A DNA stretch of 64,000 nucleotides from a virus. Positions within the stretch are counted from its first letter, which is position 1. Every line of letters begins with the position of its first letter. This document shows positions 8,348 to 14,846 of the stretch, in pieces. The notes under the pieces were generated by a model. It saw nothing but the letters and a program-made list of their open reading frames with translations. It searched no databases and was not told where the DNA came from. The stretch is from the IMG/VR virus record IMGVR_UViG_3300016476_000688, positions 3,597 through 67,596 of that record; one strand, given 5' to 3'. The position numbers were made by a program, and so were the translations under genes.

Positions 8348-8423
8348 TGGTAGGCGCGGTCGGACTCGAACCGACAGCTTAAGCATTTTAAGTGCTCTGC
8401 GTTTACCTTTTCGCCACGCGCCC
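8348..8423 (-). tRNA. trnL: tRNA-Leu(UAA), 76 nt, short variable loop, encoded CCA
   Basis: GGGCGCG/CGCGCCT acceptor, GCG/CGC D stem, GAGCA-CTTAAAA-TGCTT anticodon arm, GTCGG-TTCGAGT-CCGAC T arm, ACCA end; own promoter at 8436-8464. Confidence 0.9.
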
Positions 8424-8544
8424 GTTGTTTAATTATTTATAGCTGATTCGCATCCACGCAGCAAGCAATAATTTATTGTGTATTATCAATGGTTTAATGC
8501 GCTGGGCGCCGTGCCTGCTAACCTTTTGAGTTAGCAGGCTTTTT

Positions 8545-8886
8545 CTAGTTGCAGCTTGCGCTGAGAATGTTCCGATACCACGACAGAAGCGGAACGCGCC
8601 AGCCCGTGACCGTAAAGTCACACGTTGCCCCTTCTTTGATGCTTCCGTAGAGGTCGGAAGAATTGAATTTCATTGCCAGAAGGGAGTCGGTGTTCTCGAA
8701 AGTTTCCCGATCAGTAAAGATCAGGTATTTCGATTCTTGTGTCTGGCCTGTGCCAGTCATGATTCGTTCCTTGTCCTGAATCACGACGCCGGACACCGTG
8801 TCCATAGTGGCGAAATGAATCCAGATCTTGGCCGGAACGACGATCAGAAGAAGGCCCACAAAGAGCCAGATATATGCGCGTGTCAT
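8545..8886 (-). CDS. membrane-anchored protein, DUF1523-like (113 aa)
   Basis: N-terminal TM; V.GWR.P.LS.Y.NI motif. Confidence 0.7.
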   Translation of the reverse strand: MTRAYIWLFVGLLLIVVPAKIWIHFATMDTVSGVVIQDKERIMTGTGQTQESKYLIFTDRETFENTDSLLAMKFNSSDLYGSIKEGATCDFTVTGWRVPLLSWYRNILSASCN

Positions 8887-8898
8887 GTGTTTTCCTTA

Positions 8899-9207
8899 TC
8901 AGTGAAGTTTGTGTTCGCGGTCGTCCGAATGTCCACCATTCGAATCGCCACCGTTATCATCGCTTTGACCGCCCTTCGACTTGCCGCCGTTGCTGTCGCC
9001 GCTCGAATCGCCGCCATTCGAATCATCACCGTTGTCGGTCGAATCATCACCGCTGGTAGCCGAAGCGGTTTCACGCCCACCATCTTCCGAAAAGGCGTTG
9101 TTGCTGTAGCACTCCGAGTAAACGGGTTTGCCGTTCACATAGACCACGCAATCCGGCTTAACGCAAGCCATGAGAGCGAGAGGCAGAGAGAGAAGAAGAT
9201 ATTTCAT
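8899..9207 (-). CDS. putative lipoprotein with acidic GDDSNG-repeat tail
   Basis: Signal peptide ending LALMA-C; D/G/S/N low-complexity tail. Confidence 0.7.
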   Translation of the reverse strand: MKYLLLSLPLALMACVKPDCVVYVNGKPVYSECYSNNAFSEDGGRETASATSGDDSTDNGDDSNGGDSSGDSNGGKSKGGQSDDNGGDSNGGHSDDREHKLH

Positions 9208-9246
9208 GTTTTGTTCCTCAGTTCACAAGTCAACTTATGACTTGTT

Positions 9247-9456
9247 TTAGTTGATTTCGAGTTCGAGCTTTTCAAAGCCCTGTTGCACCGTCTGGACGCT
9301 TTCGTGAACCCCGTCAGGGAACACGACGAACATTTCTGTGTAGATCGTTCCGTTGCTGAGAATCTCCGATTCAGCCACGATCCCGCCGACAACCGATTCG
9401 TAAATGGTCGTCTTGAATGTTTGTCCGATCAAGTCAGTCAGCTTGGGCTTGTTCAT
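9247..9456 (-). CDS. hypothetical protein (69 aa)
   Basis: Trimmed to MNKPKL behind GGAGG. Confidence 0.7.
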   Translation of the reverse strand: MNKPKLTDLIGQTFKTTIYESVVGGIVAESEILSNGTIYTEMFVVFPDGVHESVQTVQQGFEKLELEIN

Positions 9457-9567
9457 GGCTGCCTCCGTTTCCGATGATTCTGTATCGCATATACCAGCAG
9501 CAAACACAAGCACAAAAATATCGTTATAAATCAAAGGCTTAGGCCGTGCGGCGCCGCCCCTCCTAAC

Positions 9568-9660
9568 TCATTGATAATAAATGAGAATTTGAAGGGTCAG
9601 GATTGCGACCGGAACCCCGGTGCGAATCAGTTCCATCAGGAAACGAATCTTATTCATCAT
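9568..9660 (-). CDS. 30-aa hydrophobic peptide (MMNKIRFLMELIRTGVPVAILTLQILIYYQ)
   Basis: Manual translation; GGAGG upstream. Confidence 0.5.
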   Translation of the reverse strand: MMNKIRFLMELIRTGVPVAILTLQILIYYQ

Positions 9661-9661
9661 G

Positions 9662-10141
9662 TCAAGCCTCCATCAGCTTTTTGTTGACTTTGATTGCGTT
9701 AAGACACGCGACCCCGATTTTCCGCATTTCTGCAATTACAGGTTTAGCGTCGTCGAACATCACAACCGGAAGGTGTGCGAATTGACGCAGATTGCGGAGA
9801 CGCTGAATCTTGCGGCGCTTGAGTTTAGCGTCCTTGATGTGATTCTCGGACCCGTCGAGAGGACGGCACAGAATCTTGTGCGCGTCAAGCCCGTGGTGGG
9901 CAAGAAAATCGTAATCGTCCTGATTCATTGCACGCGCCGTGCAAATCACGATATAGTTTTCAGAACGATTTAGGCGCTTGAAGGTTTCGGCCAGCGGCAG
10001 GAGCGTATCCCGGAAAATGCTTTCCCGATTCTTCATCGCAAAATATTTTTCGAGGTCCAGAGTCCCGTCAGGTTTGTTCGGGGTCCGATGAGCCGAGTCG
10101 ATGATCGTTTCATCAAGGTCGAAAACTACGATACGCTTCAT
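9662..10141 (-). CDS. HAD-superfamily phosphatase (159 aa)
   Basis: VVFDLDETI (DxDxT), ICTAR, K, MFDD motifs. Confidence 0.85.
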   Translation of the reverse strand: MKRIVVFDLDETIIDSAHRTPNKPDGTLDLEKYFAMKNRESIFRDTLLPLAETFKRLNRSENYIVICTARAMNQDDYDFLAHHGLDAHKILCRPLDGSENHIKDAKLKRRKIQRLRNLRQFAHLPVVMFDDAKPVIAEMRKIGVACLNAIKVNKKLMEA

Positions 10142-10271
10142 GTGAGCCTCCTTTGATGATTCTTTATCGCACGATTCGACGGGGAACGCAACAGGAAAAT
10201 ATCGTTTAGTTTCAAGGGGTTAGCCAACGCGGCGGCCCCCTTGCTAACGCATTGATTAGCAAGGGTTTTTC

Positions 10272-10466
10272 TTACAGCGGCTGCCACACGATGGAGTTGA
10301 TGACAAGGCAAGTCCCGTTATCGTCCGGCGACAGATCGCCGTGGTGAAGGGTGAAGTATGCGACGGCATCTTGAAGGCTTTTGCCATAGATGGTCTGCTC
10401 GTAGCGACCTTCGATAATGCCAGTGGCAGCGACCGCAGTCCAGATGAAGTGGTAGTTGCCTTCCAT
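10272..10466 (-). CDS. hypothetical protein (64 aa)
   Basis: Trimmed to MEGNYHF behind GGAGGA. Confidence 0.7.
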   Translation of the reverse strand: MEGNYHFIWTAVAATGIIEGRYEQTIYGKSLQDAVAYFTLHHGDLSPDDNGTCLVINSIVWQPL

Positions 10467-10614
10467 AGCGCGTCCTCCTTGTTTCGGTGAGACTGTTATG
10501 CCGCGATTCGCAGAGCGTGTCAAGTAGCTAAAAAAATGCTGTAAAATCAACGGTTTGGCTGGCCGGGCGCCCCGTCGCGTAACCTATTGATTACGCTAGG
10601 GTTTTCTCTAAAAA

Positions 10615-10795
10615 TTAAGCATCTAAAATCACATCTTACCATTAGAAACAAGGGCTAAGATGTGTGCGGTGTTGTGACGGTCCGCTAACCTTCGTTACAC
10701 TGCCAAGTCATGAGTATATTATCCAACTAGGTTCCTTGTCCGCTTTTTTAGATCAACCAAACAGCGCCGTTTACGGCGAGTCTCGAGATTTAATC
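10615..10795 (-). ncRNA. candidate structured RNA in a 3' intergenic gap
   Basis: No ORF; ATCTAAAA/TTTTAGAT closing stem, CACATCTTA/TAAGATGTG hairpin, CGCCG-TAAA-CGGCG hairpin. Confidence 0.4.
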
Positions 10796-10800
10796 ATTTG

Positions 10801-11001
10801 CTAGCTTCCCAGCCCAAAAAGGGCAAACCCTGCCACCACAATATTCGTTACCAGCAACGGGTTATCGTGCTGTTTGATAGCATGGCCGATCCATGCTGCA
10901 CACGCCACCAAACCCACGCCCATAGTCAGCTTGACGCTGAACCCCGTAGACAGAAGCGCCATTTGACAAACAACGCCGATTGTCCCGATAATTCCGAACA
11001 T
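10801..11001 (-). CDS. small multi-pass membrane protein (66 aa)
   Basis: Three hydrophobic segments; AAGGAA RBS. Confidence 0.7.
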   Translation of the reverse strand: MFGIIGTIGVVCQMALLSTGFSVKLTMGVGLVACAAWIGHAIKQHDNPLLVTNIVVAGFALFGLGS

Positions 11002-11016
11002 GCTTGATTCCTTGTA

Positions 11017-11250
11017 TTAGTCGCGCACGCCGTAGGCGCGACGCATGTGAGCGTCCTGCACGCCCTTTTCCCATTCCGCGTAGGCCCGATCACCAGCCGC
11101 AACCGAGTCAGCCACGGCACGCTTGCCCTCGCGCATCGCACGGTAGATCGTGCGGTCGCTCTCAATCGCGCGAGTCCCCTGCGCGATCACCGTCGCCTTG
11201 CCGCCGCGGGCGGCGAATTCTGCTTTCAGAGCTTCGAGGTCGAGGGCCAT
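11017..11250 (-). CDS. hypothetical protein (77 aa)
   Basis: ORF; AAGGAG RBS. Confidence 0.75.
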   Translation of the reverse strand: MALDLEALKAEFAARGGKATVIAQGTRAIESDRTIYRAMREGKRAVADSVAAGDRAYAEWEKGVQDAHMRRAYGVRD

Positions 11251-11382
11251 GTCTATCTCCTTTGCTGATGATTATGTATAGCGTGATTCTATGCAGGCAT
11301 CAAGAACAAAAAATGCTGTAAGATCAATGGGTTAGCGCCGGGGGCGCCGCCTAGCGTAACCTATTGATTACGCTAGGATTTT

Positions 11383-11682
11383 TCATTGATTGCAGATCAA
11401 CACCTCCACCAGTTCTTTGGCTTCTTTCAGCCCCAGACGCTGAGAAAAAGCATCGCGCAGAATCTTGATAGCGGCGATGCGATTGCCGATCTGAGCCTCA
11501 CGCCGCGCGTCACGAAGTCGGTCAGCGTTGTAGCCCGGCGCGTAGACAACCCCGACCTGCATAGACGGGAGTTCGCCAACAAGCTGAGCAGCTTCGGTCA
11601 ATGTTTTGGTAATATAAGCCTTGCCGTGATCATCCACCAAAACAAAGCCGTTCTGGGCGACAGTGATTTCTTCGATACGCAT
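11383..11682 (-). CDS. protein with C-terminal ribosomal bL12-like domain (99 aa)
   Basis: IAAIKILRDAFSQRLGLKEAKELVE resembles the L7/L12 motif KIAVIK.VR..TGLGLKEAK.LVE. Confidence 0.7.
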   Translation of the reverse strand: MRIEEITVAQNGFVLVDDHGKAYITKTLTEAAQLVGELPSMQVGVVYAPGYNADRLRDARREAQIGNRIAAIKILRDAFSQRLGLKEAKELVEVLICNQ

Positions 11683-11804
11683 AGCATTCTCCTTTGCTGA
11701 TGATTCTTTATATCCTGCATTGCAGTTACTTACAACAAGAAAAAAATACATATAATCAAAGACTTAGCCTACGGGGCGCTGGGCTGGCTAAGCCCTTGTT
11801 TTGA

Positions 11805-11981
11805 TTACATTTTCCTCAACTTGTTGACAATCACATAGGCGTTTGCTTGATCCGGGCCGTTTGCAACCCAGTTGCGGATACGACGACCGCTGGCATAGGT
11901 GACATAAGATGCCACAACCCAAACACCGTTCTCGCATTCAACCTCATAGCAGGTATCAATTACAGCGCCGTTGTTAAACAT
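11805..11981 (-). CDS. hypothetical protein (58 aa)
   Basis: Manual translation MFNNGAVIDTCYEVECENGVWVVASYVTY...; GGGAG RBS. Confidence 0.65.
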   Translation of the reverse strand: MFNNGAVIDTCYEVECENGVWVVASYVTYASGRRIRNWVANGPDQANAYVIVNKLRKM

Positions 11982-12263
11982 CTCTGTTCTCCCTTTTGAT
12001 AATTAATACTAGCATACGAATCACCACGTAGCAACACGATTCTTTCCTTGGAATCTCAATGACTTACGTGTTGCTGCGCCACTTACTGCAAGCCATTGAT
12101 TTTGCACGATTTTACAGTTCTGCACAAACCATAAAATAATGCGTTCCAGCCAGAATCTCACTTTTCCAGTCTCGCACCATTGCCAAAAAGCAACTATAGT
12201 GCGCTTCTGTATGTCGCCTGTCTACTGTTCGCACGATATAGATCATTTTTTAACTTCGGTTTA

Positions 12264-12608
12264 TTACTTGATCCGCTTGAGGGTCTTGGCGACGCTCCCC
12301 TCCTTCACCCCAAGGGTGAAGGCGACGGCGACGATTTTCTGATTCACCGCCCAGACCGAGTCAGCGACGGCGGAGTCGCGCTTGGCAAATTCCCAGTTAT
12401 TGCCCGTCTTGGCAATGTTGCAGCCTTTGCAAAGGCATTGCAGATTGTCCGCCGTAGCCTTGCCGCCTTTGCTTTCCGCGATAATATGGTCGCAATCAAG
12501 GAACGGGGCATAATGCGCGCCGCCACCGAACCCGCAAGCGCGGCAGATATACCCGTCACGGGCCAGAACCGTTGCGCGAACCGAGGACGAGATTGCAGCT
12601 TTTGCCAT
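12264..12608 (-). CDS. HNH endonuclease (114 aa)
   Basis: CRAC...DCDHII..SKGG....NLQCLCKGCN..K. Confidence 0.85.
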   Translation of the reverse strand: MAKAAISSSVRATVLARDGYICRACGFGGGAHYAPFLDCDHIIAESKGGKATADNLQCLCKGCNIAKTGNNWEFAKRDSAVADSVWAVNQKIVAVAFTLGVKEGSVAKTLKRIK

Positions 12609-12787
12609 GTTGGCCTCCTGTGCCTATGCCTTACAATCGCGCATTTTCTCGCGATTCGCAAGACATAAACAACGGATAGACCAAAATAAGTTTTGGCCCG
12701 CGTCAACGATTCCGCTTGACTACGCCCAGGGTTCTGTGCTACCCTGCTGGCGCCAGGTGTGGCTGATTCGCCACACCCTCTTTTTAT

Positions 12788-13030
12788 TTACGCCACCAGC
12801 TTGACTTTCGCGGCAAACTCATCTTCGACCGTCAACGAGAATGGAAGGCCGATTCGCTCTCCGTCCTGAGCCGTGCGGATCGTGACGCCCATCAGGTCCA
12901 GTTCCGACGCCGCGAGGATCTTACGACGCGGCACCCACAGCGGGCGAACCCCATCCTTGCCAGCATCCGCCTGCGACACGAAGGCCACCGCCGCTTCAGT
13001 TTCCCGAACCACGAACCCTTGGACCTGCAT
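12788..13030 (-). CDS. hypothetical protein (80 aa), paralog of 14607-14846
   Basis: G(F/Y)VVR.T.AAVAFV...GV.PLW.PR.KI...TAQDGER.G.P shared. Confidence 0.8.
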   Translation of the reverse strand: MQVQGFVVRETEAAVAFVSQADAGKDGVRPLWVPRRKILAASELDLMGVTIRTAQDGERIGLPFSLTVEDEFAAKVKLVA

Positions 13031-13183
13031 CTCTATCTCTCCTCTGTTTCGATGATTCTTTATCGCATAGTCTGGCCTGATTCGCAAGAGCCTAGACTGT
13101 ATAAAGTTTTGTTTCAGCGCACATTATGCGCTTGACAACGAACATGATTCGGGTGTAAAATACTGGCGCGTGATTCGGGCGAA

Positions 13184-13339
13184 TCACTCTTCCTCCTCTT
13201 TCTCGTCAATGAGTTCTTTAACCTCTTCAACGCTGTTTCCGTTCACCTGCCATTCCTGCGACTCGCCGTCAAACCGATCGTTGTGGGTCGCCACGAACCC
13301 GATCCAAGCATCTGCGATGGTCCAACCACGGTATTGCAT
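13184..13339 (-). CDS. acidic 51-aa protein
   Basis: Manual translation MQYRGWTIADAW...VEEVKELIDEKEEEE; AAGGAG RBS. Confidence 0.7.
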   Translation of the reverse strand: MQYRGWTIADAWIGFVATHNDRFDGESQEWQVNGNSVEEVKELIDEKEEEE

Positions 13340-13402
13340 CTGTCTCTCCTTTGTTCCGATGATTCTTTATCGCATGCTTTGCCGTGATTCGCAAGAGAAA
13401 TC

Positions 13403-13618
13403 TTAGATGCGGGCCAGCCTTTCCCGCAGCATGGCATCATTCCATGCATCCCAGAGTTGATTCACGGTCTGGTTCATCTGGTCATATGCGCGTTCCAGAC
13501 CAGCGATCAGCAGAGGATTCGCATTGCGCGCACGAGCCTTGAGCAGCTTGGCATACAGCGAGTCGGCGCGGGCAGCGGCTTTGAGCATGGCGGCGTTGGT
13601 TTCTTGCGACAGGTTCAT
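13403..13618 (-). CDS. helical hypothetical protein (71 aa)
   Basis: ORF; AAGGAG RBS. Confidence 0.75.
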   Translation of the reverse strand: MNLSQETNAAMLKAAARADSLYAKLLKARARNANPLLIAGLERAYDQMNQTVNQLWDAWNDAMLRERLARI

Positions 13619-13749
13619 GGCTATCTCCTTCTGTTAATTATATATCGCATAGCGCCGCATGATTCGCAACAGAAAAAAATCGTTGTAAATCAAGGGCTTA
13701 GCCCGGAGGGCGCGGCCCCTGCTAAATGCTTGATTTAGCAGGGTTTTTC

Positions 13750-13938
13750 TCAGTCCTCGAACACGTCGTCCATCTCGCAGGACAAGGCAAAGTCTGCCGG
13801 ATGGAATGTTTGTTCCAGAAGGCGTTGATGCTTTTCCAGCGCCTCGATACAGGCCACGCCGGACATACCCACATCCACCGCATAGTGATAGTCGGGGGCG
13901 TCGATACCGAACATGGTGAGGATCAGAACGAATTTCAT
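13750..13938 (-). CDS. hypothetical protein (62 aa)
   Basis: Trimmed to MKFVLIL behind GGAG. Confidence 0.65.
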   Translation of the reverse strand: MKFVLILTMFGIDAPDYHYAVDVGMSGVACIEALEKHQRLLEQTFHPADFALSCEMDDVFED

Positions 13939-13939
13939 A

Positions 13940-14080
13940 TCAGTTGACTCCAGCGGCTGCGTTGGCGATTTTGGTGACGACCGCGGCGGCCTCATACAGA
14001 GTCACAGCGGCGATCATGAAGAACGGGGCGATACACGCGACGATCAGGCTACCGAACAGGAACATCTGTGCGACTTTCAT
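13940..14080 (-). CDS. 46-aa membrane peptide
   Basis: Trimmed to MKVAQMFLFG behind GAGGAG. Confidence 0.6.
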   Translation of the reverse strand: MKVAQMFLFGSLIVACIAPFFMIAAVTLYEAAAVVTKIANAAAGVN

Positions 14081-14132
14081 TTTCCAACTCCTCGGTTTCA
14101 TACTGCTTTTATACTTCGATTCGGCTCTAGTG

Positions 14133-14333
14133 TCAAGCCCCTCGGGCATACCGCTTCGGCAGGGTCATGCCCGTGGTCAACTCCCGCAGGGCGCGCTGCG
14201 ACGTGGCCCGCGTGATGTGGCCTTGTGCGCCTGCCCAGCGAGTCGCCATTTCTTTGGCCTTCGGCCCGATGAACACGCCGGAAATACGGTAGTCACGATC
14301 TTTGTCCGAGACGATGTAGAACGGGGTAGCCAT
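14133..14333 (-). CDS. basic hypothetical protein (66 aa)
   Basis: Trimmed to MATPFY behind GAGGAG. Confidence 0.7.
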   Translation of the reverse strand: MATPFYIVSDKDRDYRISGVFIGPKAKEMATRWAGAQGHITRATSQRALRELTTGMTLPKRYARGA

Positions 14334-14550
14334 CTGTTGCTCTCCTCTTCTGTGATTCCTTTTTCGCATAGCGTTGTGCGATTCGCAAGAGAAAAACAAC
14401 GGCCAGACCAGATAACCTTTTGTGTCATAGCAGACTTTCCTGTTGACTCGGATACGCGAATCATGCTACCCTGCTGGCGCATGATTCGTGGTTCGTCCGG
14501 CTGGCGCCTGCCTCATCATAACATAGCGAATCACGCTATGTCAATACCCT

Positions 14551-14588
14551 AAAAACAAATAGACCGCTATCCGAAGATAGCGGCCTAG
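14551..14588 (-). terminator. terminator with cUUCGg tetraloop
   Basis: ccgctatc-ttcg-gatagcgg then tctatttgtttttag on the minus strand. Confidence 0.7.
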
Positions 14589-14606
14589 CGTCTTAGTCGC
14601 GGCGGC

Positions 14607-14846
14607 TTAGGCCGCGACTTTCGCAAGGAAGGCGTCGCACACGTCCAGCGTGTGCGGGATGCCGACCCGCTCGCCATCCTGCGCCGTGTCGATGAACACG
14701 GCCAGAGCATCGGACTCGACCATCGAGTCAATCTTTTTGCGGGGGATCCAGAGGGGCTTGACGCCTTTCGTGTTACGGTTCTCTTCTGCAACGAAGGCAA
14801 CCGCCGCATCCGTCACCCGCACCACGTATCCGATCATCTTGGCCAT
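14607..14846 (-). CDS. hypothetical protein (79 aa), paralog of 12788-13030
   Basis: Shared motifs as above. Confidence 0.8.
   Translation of the reverse strand: MAKMIGYVVRVTDAAVAFVAEENRNTKGVKPLWIPRKKIDSMVESDALAVFIDTAQDGERVGIPHTLDVCDAFLAKVAA

Larger units (their letters stand above)
90..13735. repeat. 20 dispersed copies of a 48-bp dyad WWTCAA-N4-TTR-N9-GCGC-N9-YAA-N4-TTGAWW (paired inverted IHF-consensus boxes)
   Basis: Copies start at 90, 839, 1672, 2310, 2896, 3506, 4178, 5076, 5835, 6833, 7396, 8071, 8484, 9529, 10210, 10545, 11322, 11754, 12054, 13688; the inner spacer counted as 22 bp in all. Confidence 0.92.

Noticed and set aside
90-13735. Dispersed repeats as a CRISPR array
   Set aside because: Repeats are degenerate, the intervening DNA is 300-1600 bp of genes, and no cas genes are present.
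90-13735. Dyad as an Xer/dif site, CtrA box or integron attC
   Set aside because: Spacing (13-22-13) does not fit dif (11-6-11) or CtrA (TTAA-N7-TTAA). There are no RYYYAAC/GTTRRRY ends and no integrase in the window.
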